A stretch of DNA of 64,000 nucleotides from Octopus vulgaris (GCA_951406725.2 OX597828.1:65906001-65970000); one strand, 5' to 3'. Shown: positions 52,544-64,000, numbered from the stretch's first letter. Made by a program: numbers and translations. The notes: generated by a model from the letters alone, not told the origin.

Positions 52544-52696
52544 TGTTGAAAATTTGAAATTTTACAGACAAATTTTTTCCAGAATCGTAATCTTCGTAAA
52601 GTATTTCGCACAAAACAAAATTTCCGGAAAAAGTGAAAAATGAAGAGGGTGGGGTTGGGGTGTTGAAAGTTTGAAAATGTTTTTTTCAGAATCGGC

Positions 52697-53040
52697 GCAC
52701 AGTTCTGGGTTCAGTTCCACTGCATGGCACATTAGACAAGTGCTTTCTGCTATATCCCTGGGTCGACCAAATCCTTGTGAGTGGATTTGGCAGACGAAAA
52801 TTGCGTGGAAGCCCATCGTTTATATACATATGTGTGTGTGACTTTGTGTTTGTCCATCTCCTCTCCGCTTGACAACTGATGTTGGTTTGTTTACATTCCC
52901 TCAGTTTAACAGTTCACCAAAAGAGATCAACAGAATAAGTACCAGTTTAAGAAATAATACTGAGATCAATTCGATCAGCTGAAACCCTTCAGTGTGGTCC
53001 TCCTTCATAACTGCAGTCTAATGACTGAAATAAGTAAAAG
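52697..53040 (+). mobile_element. SINE family A, diverged
   Basis: gttctgggttcagttcc...gactgaaataagtaaaag. Confidence 0.8.
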
Positions 53041-53411
53041 TTTGTAGCTCTTTCGAGCTACTTTTTGTTAATAAATATCGGGAAGTTTTTCATTTTTATA
53101 AGAGCGAGGTGGGGGTTGTTTTCAAGAAACCACGTTACATTGCTTTCATTCCTGTCGAAGTATGTGTAACGAAGTTCGACTGAGCTCGAAAAGCCATCTT
53201 ATGAATGATTTTCTTGTCCACATTTCTTCCTTATCTGTTTCGCTGCATAATTTTATTTAGCTGAAGAATAAAGTGTCGCTGTTAATCGAAAGTTTTTTTT
53301 TTTTATTTCCATCGTTTTCCATGCAACTCATGAGAAACAAGATTTTGTATTAAAAGGCCCAGAGACACGACCTTTCCAGCTAAAAGCTAAAAAGGGGATA
53401 GTTATCTTCCT

Positions 53412-53561
53412 GGTATTTACGCCGTACCAAGAATGCGCCATACGTATACGAAGAGGTAATTCAAATCGGAAAGATCTGTGCCTGCGAACTCTACTTTTTC
53501 TTGGGTGTGACCAAATTTCAGTTGCAGTTAAAAAATTTTTTTGTACATGTTTGTAATAATA
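53412..53561. repeat. Unclassified dispersed repeat, copy 2
   Basis: Matches 48141-48309 with a short internal deletion. Confidence 0.8.
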
Positions 53562-55893
53562 CTAGGCAGTAGTGTAAGTGTGTAACGCCAAATCGTCCCT
53601 TATCGACTGCACCTATAATTGAATTAGTTCCACCCGTGATCATCCCGTCTTTTGTACCCCAAGGACAAAAATGCTAGCATGCAGTTTACCAATGTAATAT
53701 AGTGGAAGTAAGTCATCTTTGAAAAATGAAAGTATTTGCCATAGAAACCAATGACGACAGAAATATACCAAAATTTCATAAAATATGTAACCTTAAAGAG
53801 ACACCTGTACGCTAAGAAGCGACTTATGCTACAATGTGGGACTAATGATGATTTATTTACATCATATCTTCAAGAGCATGTCAGGCGAAACAAATTTAGG
53901 GATCGGGAAAAATTTATTTGCGAATGTCCTTTGGTGCAGCAACGATTTCCCATAAATGTGATTATTTTCAAAGAAGACATCAAAATTGAAAGTATTCGGC
54001 AATTTCCTTAAAAATTTAAACTTCAATTCTTTTTTTCAGCTGAATCACTTATTTATGCAATATTTTGTGCCTTCACCTTTTTTGTGTATGTAAGTATATG
54101 TGTTTGTGTGCATGTAAGTATATTTGTGTATGTATATGCATGCACAACTATACACATACATGCGCAAATATATATACATGCATATAAACATACATATGCT
54201 TATATGCACACACACGCACACATAGGCGCATACATACATAAAAAATACAGAAATAAGCGATTCAGTTGAAAAACAATAAAAAATTCTTTACGGAAATGAC
54301 CAAACAATTACTTTCAATTGTCATGTACTTTCTGCGACGTACCTTATATGTATTGATGTCACACAGTGTTTACATGTAATTACAGGATTTCATTGTCGTC
54401 ACTTTCGGTTTTTATCGCAATATACTTTCATTTATAAGAACAATTTACTTTCACCACTTTACGATGTTAAATTGCATGCTAACCTAACATCTAATATAAC
54501 CCTTACCAAGAAAGTGGAATGTATTGAGAGAATTTGGCTGTTATTTCTAGCTGATTGAGTAACCACGTTAAGAGTTCTTAATTGGTTTTTGTTGATCTCC
54601 AAATCTCTTTTATTTACCCCTACGGCCGTGAGGAAAATTCGTCACTTATTTTTGAAGAAATTTTAATCTATTAATCATGTTTTATTGGAATACATCATTT
54701 GTTCAGTTTAGGCGCAAAAAGAAAATATGTTTCCCCTCTTTGTGATCGATAGTTAAATAATAATAGAGGTGAATGCTATTTCTTTTTAACACTAAAATAT
54801 TCTCCAAACAATTCCGACTGGTGCCAAACAAGTCAATCAATGTTGTAATTCACAATAACCTCTGAAAAATAAATTAACGCGTTTTCTTATTTAATATATT
54901 AAAAAAATATATTTTGCGTTTTGTTAAATTTCTTCCAATACTTGAAGAATCTCATATTTTCTCCAGTTCAGAGGCTAAAATTAAATAACTTTAATTGCTT
55001 GTAACTACTTTATAATTAATTTCTTAGAATGCGATTTTCATCATCAGCATACAAAACTGCATTTCTTGGGAATAATCTGAAGATCTGAAAAAATTCAAGT
55101 GGTTGGAAGAAATTTAACGTTTTTTTTTTTTTTAACTTCCTTATTCGTCACTTATTTGCATAATTTCTTTCATTTTCTTTCATGAGGGCGCTTAGATCCC
55201 TTGACCTGCTAGAAATAGCAGCCAAATCTTTTAACCACCCTCTCCTAGCATATCAACAATATACAAACACATAGTAAGTCGACCGTCTCTCAATGTATGA
55301 ACACAGAATGATCACACAAAAAGTTTCTTAATCAGGAAGTAAAAAATAATCGATGAAGGTGGTATGTATCCATTAGCAACGTCTTGTTCATAGTCAAGGA
55401 AAGTAAGACAAATTAATTTAGGGCATTGATCCATGTCCTTCAAACGAAATCAACGTCTTTTTTTTCTTTTTGACTTAAAAAAGAAATATCTAATAGAATT
55501 AGCAAGCATTAAAGAATGTACCAGTGAATCAGGAAGCTCATCTATTAATAATGCGACCATGGTAAAGCAAAAGAGACGGCAATCCTCATTTTAATAGTTT
55601 CCATTCATCACAAAATCAGCCTTTAAAAAATAGGTGTAGTAGTATATGAGACTTGTTTTATTGACCTCATTTAAGGAGTGGATGACAAAAGCCATTCACA
55701 TTCAAAGACGACCTTAAAATATCGTTTACAACTGTCCACTGTTATTGCACAAGTCGCTATTTGCCAACAAATGAGACATTTAATTCAAATAAAACGTCGC
55801 GGACCCATTCACCATAAACAAACATGATGCAACCAATCAAAGAAACGTTTATATTATTTTAAATATTATTTCTAAACAACCGCTTTCGCTTGT

Positions 55894-55965
55894 GGCTCGT
55901 TGGTCTAGGGGTATGATTCTCGCTTTGGGTGCGAGAGGTCCCGGGTTCGAATCCCGGACGAGCCC
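55894..55965 (+). tRNA. tRNA-Pro (anticodon TGG)
   Basis: GGCTCGTTGGTCTAGGGGTATGATTCTCGCTTTGGGTGCGAGAGGTCCCGGGTTCGAATCCCGGACGAGCCC; acceptor GGCTCGT/ACGAGCC, anticodon arm CTCGC-TT-TGG-GT-GCGAG, intact T arm. Confidence 0.98.
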
Positions 55966-55970
55966 CAACA

Positions 55971-55978
55971 TTATTTTT
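55971..55978 (+). terminator. RNA polymerase III oligo-T terminator
   Basis: ttattttt a few bases after the tRNA discriminator. Confidence 0.8.
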
Positions 55979-56502
55979 AAATGCATTTTTTCTAAATATT
56001 TTTGTATTTATCTTTCCCAGTGTGGTTGTGGACGGGTATTCGAAAGAATTATCGTTTCTGTTTCTGAACGATATTTTAAATTTTCTTTATTTCAAGATTT
56101 CCTGGTGATGATTCAAAGTTTGTAAAAAAGGAAAAAAATATTTCGTTTCTTTAAAAAATATCCATCCATGTATAATAATATGTAGGCGGCAAGCCGTTCC
56201 ATCTTCAGAGTGTCGGGGGAAGGGGAAAATGCCATGCGATATTTCTTCGGAATCTTTACTTCTAGGTTCAAATTTTACCGAAGTCATCTTTGCTTCTCAG
56301 CCTTTCGGAGTTGATAAAGTATAGTACTTGTCACATACTAGAGATCGATAATTTTAACTAATTAATCTCTACTTCTCAAAATTGTTAGCTTCGAGCCTAA
56401 AAGAAAAATGATAATTTTTATTGCATTCCTTCACAAGTGTGCCCCCTGCTCGACTTTTCCCCCTCATAACTTTCAGAAAATAGATACTTTTTAACGAAAT
56501 TT

Positions 56503-56862
56503 TGTGTGGTAAGTAGCTTGCTTACCAACCATATGGTTCCGGGTTCAGTCCCACTGCGTGGCACCTTGGGCGAGTGTTTTCTACTATAGCCTCGGGTCGA
56601 CCAAAGCCTTGTGAGTGGATTTGGTAGACGGAAACTGAAAGAAGCCTGTCATATATATGTATGTGCGTGTGTGTGTATATGTTTGTGTGTCTGTGTTTGT
56701 CCCCCCAACATCGCTTGACAACCGATGGTGGTGTGTTTACGTCCCCGTAACTTAGCGGTTTGTCAAAAGAGGCCGATGGAATAAGTACTAGGCTTACAAA
56801 GAATAAGTACTGGGGTCGATTTGTTCCACTAAAAGGCTTATCCCTGCATGAAACAAGTAAAA
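56503..56862 (+). mobile_element. SINE family A
   Basis: Close match to 151-523. Confidence 0.9.
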
Positions 56863-57739
56863 CGTAGAATATATCATAAAATAATTTGAAAAAAAAATAT
56901 ATATCAGCGATTAATAAGATGGTAAGCATGGCTGTTTTTGATATGCTATAGGTCTTAGAACATACCCATGGGATCCCTGCTATTTCTAGCATGCGAAATG
57001 AGTGCGCACAGGATGGGTTCCATTTGAGTTTGTTGAAAAGAGAGAGATTATGTCTGCTATAAAAATAATGAAAGAAATATCTATCTAATAATTAGTCAAC
57101 CTTTTACAAAGATTTTTTTCAGGGATAGAAACTGACAGCAGTCAAAACTTCTGGGTTCTATTGGAAGTTAAAAACTTTGAAGTAATTAGACTCTGGATCT
57201 TTAACCATGAATTAAAACCTCAGTCGGAAATTTTTCCTCGGAGTTATTTCCATTATTCTCTGGATTTGCGCTCAGAAATTTATGAGAATCGGATGTCACG
57301 TTCTTGACTGAGGTCAAGGCCAGTTCATCCTTGATTACCCACTGTTATGAATTATAATATCCTATCATTAATTCCTTCCTTTCTACAATAGTAAATAATA
57401 GTTAAAAATATAAGATATCTTATTCTGTATTGAGTACGAAAATGTGGCGTAGTATCGATAGATGGATACTGTCTTTACCTAATATAAAATCACGCATCTT
57501 AATCGATGGATCGTCGTGATTAACGGATTAGGCGGCGAGCAGAAACAAAATTTGTCATACACCAGTTCAAAGACGGCTTTTATTGTTCAAAGAAGGCTTG
57601 ACATGAACATGCAGAATGACACAGGATTTCGCAGATTTCGTGATTAACAGATTAGACGGCGATCAGAAATAAAGTTTGAATAAAAGCCTTCTTTGAACTG
57701 ATTTATGACAAGTTTTATTGAAACGTTATTTTAAATAGA

Positions 57740-58732
57740 TGCCGAAGTGTTCGAGAGGACCCTACCAGACGATCCAACCGAAGAAGATTATATTTACTGG
57801 AAACGGATGCTACACATCTACATCGCAAGAGCAAAAGTTCCAGATGAATCTAAACTGGAGGTACTCTTAACACCTACCCCATCGTCGAAGAATCCGAAAC
57901 CTTCGAGGCAGCAATAGAACGCCTGGACTTAAAGTTCATAAAGAAAGGTTTAAACATAATAATGAGCCATAAGCTACGAACTCGAAAACAAAAGGAAAAC
58001 GAGTCTATAGAAGAATTTATATCAAGACCTCAGGTGTTGGCCAAGAAGTGTAAAATCCAAGCCCCACCAGCAGACTGTTAACGAGAATTTCTAATTGGTG
58101 ATGCCTTTGTAGCTGGGCTTCAATCACCATCAATTAGACTAAGACTTCTCGAGCTATCAGACGACAATCTAGAAACACTATAAGCTTGCTCAAACCATGG
58201 AGGTGGCCATTAAAGACCCTCGCAACCTATCGCAAGGCTCAGCTGGTATCGATCAACCACCTCATCTCGCAGCCGCTAAATCAGCATGTTTTTGGTGCGG
58301 TGGAGACATCGATAAAAAAAAAATCAATGCCCGGTGAGAAACTCCACTTGCAAAAAGTGTCAGAAGTAAGGCCACTGGGAGAAAGTCTGCCTCTCAAAAA
58401 AGCCACCAAGTAACAAACAAAACTTTCTCAAAACAGCAGCTGTCACAGAGCCCGAGAGCAACTAAGAGGAAGACAGTGATGGGACCTTGTTATCCATCAT
58501 CTTAGCAGTAACAAACGGTGCAGGACAGCTGGTACCCGTTAAAATTAAGGACAACAATACACAAGCCCTTCTTGACACGGGTTCTTACCGGGCATTTGTA
58601 GAAGCGAATCTTCTTGCAGTCGGGATTGCAATACGATCATACCTGCCCAGAAAAAGTTAACTTGGCCAACAATACAGCACTGGAAATTAAAGGCAAATTC
58701 AGTAGCAAACTACAACTGGGGAATATTGCATA
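57740..58732 (+). mobile_element. Ty3/Gypsy LTR retrotransposon remnant (gag and aspartic protease), frameshifted
   Basis: YWKRML; HKLRTRKQKENESIEEFISRPQVLAKKC; DAFVAGLQSPSIRLRLLE; zinc knuckle CKKCQK*GHWEKVC; protease active site ALLDTGS near 58565-58585. Confidence 0.88.
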
Positions 58733-59108
58733 CTAGCACTATGACCTGGCAACGCTGGGTCATAGTGCTAGTGCATGCATATACAGCTGTGTGCGTGCGC
58801 ACATACACGCGAGTACTGTCCAAATCTCCAACCAATCACATACAGCTAGCTGGCATTCAATTGGCGTATCAAGTTTCGGGCATTTTGATTGGGTTTTGGA
58901 TAGAAAATTCACAAAATAGTCACTTCTACTGATTTTTTTTAATGGCTTTGCAGGGTGACTGGGGAAATGTAAAGATGTGCATGACCACCCTTGGATGGTT
59001 TTGAATGACCATAGAAAGTGCGAGCCCTCTAACTGAAAAATTGTGGATTTGTATAAAGGGGACACACACACACATAGACAGACATTTTGCCGTTTATATA
59101 TATAGAGA
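58733..59108 (-). mobile_element. Non-autonomous Helitron
   Basis: Minus strand starts A|TCTCTATATATATAAA and ends CTAG|T; 15-bp-stem hairpin at the 3' end (58732-58772); no TSD. Confidence 0.8.
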
Positions 59109-59698
59109 TAACGTTAATTTTTTTTTGTGGCTGACCACCTTGTAGCTCTGTTCATAATCGGAATCAATATCCTCAGTCAACACTCGGTAGTTGACTTCAA
59201 GGGCACGCTCAAACCTATGTCAGTCTGCATGTCTATGTCAAGCCTTCTTTGAACTGGTTTAGACACCCACGAAATATCCATTGTTATAGTGGCCCAATTT
59301 AGCTATGGAATTGTTATAAACAGGCTTTGTTAAAAATGCATTGCAGAGCTTGCAATAAATTTATTTCGTTGCAATGAATTTATTGCATTTTATTTTTTAT
59401 TTTTTTTTGCAATAAATTAATTTTCTAAAAATTCTTATGCCACCTGCCAGAATCAACCACCAATGTGTGATATGACCTAGGATGGAAAAACATGCCTACA
59501 ACACTCCCCTTAGGGCCCATACCACCCCAATCAAGACAGAAAAAAACGTATGAATGGAAAAAGGACGGTTTCATACTACTAGCAATTAAAATGAGTATGC
59601 ATTTAACATATGGAAGGGATGTAGGCTCACACCAAACGCAACTATCGCCAGCTTTATGGTACCTCCTCATACTGGTTTCCTACATATTTGATTGAAGC

Positions 59699-60672
59699 TG
59701 TAGAACGGCCGTACGAAAGGAGATGGTGACGAATGAATGTCTCCTTTTAAACACCGCACGGTTGCCTTATAATAAAAGCCAAAATAAGTGCCAAAAGGAA
59801 TAAGAAGACGACACAACTGATATAATGTAAGAGAAAGGTTTTATTTAGGTGTTGATATGTGAGTAGCAGTCTGTATGTGTGTGCATTGTAAGAACATACA
59901 TAATAAGAACAATAATAATAGACAGGCCGTCATACATACAATAATGTGTATGGGTGTACAAACAAAGTGTATGCGTGTGAGATAAAATACAGAGCATAGA
60001 AATGAGTCTATAACAGGACGCTAGAAGAATGTTCAGACACAAGGTAAAGATAATACCAGTTCGTAGTAAGAAACGCAATAGTAAAGTTCTGTAACAATGA
60101 GGTTGAGGTCACAAGGCAGAGGCCGGTTGAACACATGACGTGTAGTGGTTGTGGCTTCAATGCTGTGCCGGGTTACTTAGTACAGAAGGATCTCGCAGGT
60201 AGAGCTAGCTGTTAACCTTGGTGAGTATTCACAAACAGCGTGAAGTTAAACCTGGGCGATGTTACTGTGTACATATTGATGTTGGTGGCATTGATAAGCT
60301 GAAGGCGACGTTAAGTTGAAGGTGACATTAAGATGAAGGCGATGGTGATGGAGGTCCTGAAATGCTGCTGTAACTGACTGTCTATCGCTAGATGCTCTGT
60401 GGTCAATGGTCTAGGACCAAAGACGCGCGATTCAATGAATCGCTGGGTTTTATAACAATCTAGAGGCTCAAACGAGCTTTAGAAAAACAGTATCATGGGA
60501 CCTTATCAGGTTGGTTTGCACATTGGCACGAAATAAAGCAAGAGGCAAACTGCACCAAAATCAACCAATCAGAGCAGCAAACACAACTGGGCTTAAGCTA
60601 ACTGTTATCTGCTACGTCTGTATTTGTGTTATATATGTCAGAGAGAGAGAATTTCACTAAGGGTCCGCTACA
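59699..60672 (-). mobile_element. Probable solo LTR (974 bp)
   Basis: TGTAG...CTACA termini; in minus orientation CCAAT box (60565-60569), TATAAAA (60448-60454) and AATAAA (59840-59845) fall in U3-R-U5 order; no TSD seen. Confidence 0.55.
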
Positions 60673-61380
60673 AATTCATGTGGCAGAAGAAGTACCCCAA
60701 TAGAAAGATTGAAAATTTACTTATTCAAATAGTTGATTAATATAGATTTTGAACACATACAAACATTGGCATTCCTACAGATGTGTACCCCACCCTGACC
60801 TTGTTACAATATTTGTTGAAAATTTCTTTAAAAGTATCCATTTTTCTGGAAGCTATGAGGTGAAAAAAAAAAGAATCATAAATTTTCCAAACTTTTTCAT
60901 AAAACGATGCCCCACCCATCATTTCGAAGGCCGTGGTGAAAAACAAATTCCCTTTCAAAACAGAGAAATTCCAACGTATGTAAACTTCCTGGTCCGGAAC
61001 TCCTTTCTTCACCCCTTCAGAAAACATTTTCCCAACAAATTCCTTTATGAACGTAATCTATGCAGTTTGAAAGGTATTTGTATAAAATTTCATTAAAAGA
61101 TAATCATTTTCCTGAAAGTTATTAGGAAAAAAATTTGGGTCGTATGAATTTTCCAAAACTTCTCTCCTCACCCTCGGAAAAATTCTTTTCAACAAATCCT
61201 TATATATTCTGAATCTACAGAATGTTCAAAATTTTGATAAAAGGTCTCCAATTCCCTGGGTTAATATCTAGTTTAACACCAGGCCACCAAAAAAAATGTA
61301 AAAGGTGTAAAAGAATGTAGTAAACGAATCTGAAAAACAAAATTTGCGCAAACGAAGCGGGGGTGGAGAGAGGACTTTTG

Positions 61381-62245
61381 GAAAATTCACACAATCCAAT
61401 TTTTCCCCCTCATAACTTTCAGGAAAATGGATATCTTTTAATGAAATTTTAGATACAAATACCTTTCAAATGGCATAGATTACAATTATAAAGAAATTTG
61501 TGGGGAAAATTTTGAGATGATTTTGGGAAAATTCACACAATCCAATTTTTCCCCCTCATAACTTTCAGGAAAATGGATATCTTTTAATGAAATTTTAGAT
61601 ACAAATACCTTTCAAATGGCATAGATTACAATTATAAAGAAATTTGTGGGGAAAATTTTGAGATGATTTTGGGAAAATTCACACAATCCAATTTTTCCCC
61701 CCTCATAACTTTCAGGAAAATGGATATCTTTTAATGAAATTTTAGATACAAATACCTTTCAAATGGCATAGATTACAATTATAAAGAAATTTGTGGGGAA
61801 AATTTTGAGATGATTTTGGGAAAATTCACACAATCCAATTTTTCCCCCTCATAACTTTCAGGAAAATGGATATCTTTTAATGAAATTTTAGATACAAATA
61901 CCTTTCAAATGGCATAGATTACAATTATAAAGAAATTTGTGGGGAAAATTTTGAGATGATTTTGGGAAAATTCACACAATCCAATTTTTCCCCCCTCATA
62001 ACTTTCAGGAAAATGGATATCTTTCAATGAAATTTTAGATACAAATACCTTTCAAATGGCATAGATTACAATTATAAAGAAATTTGTGGGGAAAATTTTA
62101 AGATGATTTTGGGAATATTCACACAATCCAATTTTTCCCCCCTCATAACTTTCAGGAAAATGGATATCTTTTAATGGAAGTTTATACAAATCCCTTTCAA
62201 ATGGCATAGATCACATTTATAAAGAAATTTATGGGGAAATTTTTC
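61381..62245. repeat. Tandem array, 146-147-bp unit, about 5.9 copies
   Basis: Units start at 61381, 61527, 61673, 61820, 61966 and 62113 and are nearly identical; a diverged inverted copy lies at about 61020-61155. Confidence 0.95.
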
Positions 62246-62774
62246 TGAAGGGATGGGGAGAGGAGTTTCGAAAGAACGAAGGTTCAGATCAGGAAGATCA
62301 CATAAGTTCATTTTTTAACTCCACCCCCATCATACATCACAATAATATTTTTCTGTTCCTTTCATATCCCTAAAAAAAAAAAAAATTAATGGTTACACAT
62401 TTTGGCACAAGGCCCAAAAATTTAGGGTGGTTGTGGTGAGGGGGTCAAGTCGATTCCATGGACTCCGGATAAAAAGTTTTCATTTATTTTGTTATCATGA
62501 TGTGTCGAAGGCATTTGCCATGCAGTTTCACTTTTCACCAAATTCAAAGCAAATGTTACCTTCCACACATCATGAAAATGAAAGTAAATAAATAAAAAAA
62601 GATTTATAGAAATTATTGAACATCCAACTGTAATGATTGACAAGTCTGAGACCAAAAGATGATTGATTGCCTTTTATCGATTCCGAGGATGAAAGGCAAA
62701 GTCATAATGATAACATCTTTGTTCTTTTCTCCATTTCCCAGCGTTCCAGTATATTTTCCCCTCTACTATCTTAG

Positions 62775-63280
62775 AGGAATTACAACTGTGTTTCGTGGTC
62801 TGCTACCACAACAGCTCCTTTATAGGATCCAGTTAGCTCAAGACATCATCAGGAGGAACCACGTCCGGCCCCTACTCCTCTACCGTTTTGACGTGGCGGG
62901 GCCCCCGCTTTCGGAGGTGTCTTCAGTTCTGGTGTCGGGTGCATGTCTTCTTTCTTCTGTTCCCTGGCCTCTTCGATGTATCGTCAGTGAGTGTCAGCCG
63001 GTGACTGACTGACTTGTCAAATTTTTCCTTTTAAATACCTGCCGCTAGGCTCCAGCAGGTAATCCCAGCAAGTTGTCATGTGACACTGTCTCACCTTAAC
63101 TGACTAGTGAAGGCACGTAGTCTTAGCCCGTGCATTCTCTAAACGACTGTCACCTGTCAGTCAGCGAAGCTGATTCAGTGTCAGCTTGTCTCACCTAGTG
63201 ATGTTATTTCCTACCAGCATGCTATGACTTTCAAGCCATTTTTGGTCTTCTCGCTTCAGCCATATATAGAAGCTGGCTTT
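62775..63280 (-). mobile_element. Non-coding repeat carrying the hammerhead motif (Penelope pLTR-like or retrozyme-like)
   Basis: GC/CpG-rich block whose end is also present at 33444-33626; TATA-like tatttaaaa on the minus strand near 63030; class and right boundary are inferred. Confidence 0.45.
62783..62890 (-). ncRNA. Putative hammerhead ribozyme (type III topology, long stem II)
   Basis: Minus strand: GTA|GAGGA-loop-TCCTC-CTGATGA-50 nt-CGAAAC; stem I closes exactly between the NUH triplet and CUGAUGA; stem III is weak. Confidence 0.6.
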
Positions 63281-64000
63281 TTACAGTATTTTCTCTTCTT
63301 GAATTTTCACCAATTTGAACTTTTTGATTATTTTGTTCTTTGTTTTTCTGACACACACATCAAAATACACTTTCCTCCCTAAGATGCATTTTTGTTTACG
63401 TGCACTCACACAAATAATGTCCCCTTGCACACCCCATCCTACATAAAACTTACTTGACACCTTTACCATTCACCTGACAATTACACACTGACCAACATCC
63501 TCCACACTCCCACTAACACCACCATTTTATACACGTACACGAATCTGTATACAGTCTGAGATCTTTCTGACCAGAGACATTAAGTCATTCTCCACAGCCA
63601 TCCCTAACAGCAACAGCCTATCTCCCACTCAGCACCACCACACTCCTTCACTAAGCTGAGCTCATCTTAACCCTCAATTACTTTTCTTTCTCTGGAGAAT
63701 TTTACAAACAGTGGGATGGCTAAGGAAACTAAGATGAATCCCAATCATGCAAATTTCTTTGTAAACCACATTGAAGAGCAAATCTTTGCCCAATCCATAT
63801 GACCCTTCCAGAGTTGCATGCTCAATGTATTGAGGAGTGAGTCAGTTGTACTACTCTCATCTTGATTGTAAATATGAGATCATTGATTATAGCTAAATTA
63901 CTCTCTATGGCAACAACAGAATTTTTTTCTTTTGATACTGAACTGCAAACAGCTTGTTTGTCATTGACGATATCTCTTATGCAATTAAGAATAATTTGGG

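Noticed and set aside
53751-54011. 86-aa ORF in non-repetitive-looking DNA
   Set aside because: No recognisable domain or splice signals; cannot be supported without a search
61381-62245. Regularly spaced repeats as a possible CRISPR array
   Set aside because: Units are contiguous and nearly identical with no unique spacers; eukaryotic context and no cas genes
62659-63012. 117-aa ORF overlapping the hammerhead repeat
   Set aside because: Starts in a SINE fragment, crosses element boundaries and has no recognisable motif

Overview
AT-rich, repeat-dense eukaryotic DNA, most likely a coleoid cephalopod (Octopus-like), judged from its tRNA-derived SINE families, RTE LINE fragments and (TA/CA)n microsatellites. 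Almost none of the supplied ORFs are real genes. The only host-gene pieces I can support are a 36-nt phase-0 exon (4410-4445, KDPEKGDFDQPR) and a 186-nt terminal coding exon (38643-38828) on the + strand, about 34 kb apart and followed by a probable long 3' UTR; I cannot identify the gene. One intact tRNA-Pro(TGG) lies at 55894-55965. The rest is transposon debris: SINEs, RTE and R4-like LINEs, Tc1/mariner, hAT, piggyBac-type MITEs, a Helitron, a Gypsy gag-protease remnant and a probable solo LTR. The most notable signals are (i) a type III-topology hammerhead ribozyme motif with an unusually long stem II in a non-coding repeat near 62.8 kb, (ii) a second copy of that motif folded into an inverted hairpin directly beside a 318-bp spacer-less palindrome at 33.1-33.6 kb, (iii) several other fold-back or template-switch structures, and (iv) possible alternative C-termini of the host gene. 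All coordinates and alignments were read by eye; no searches or folding programs were run.
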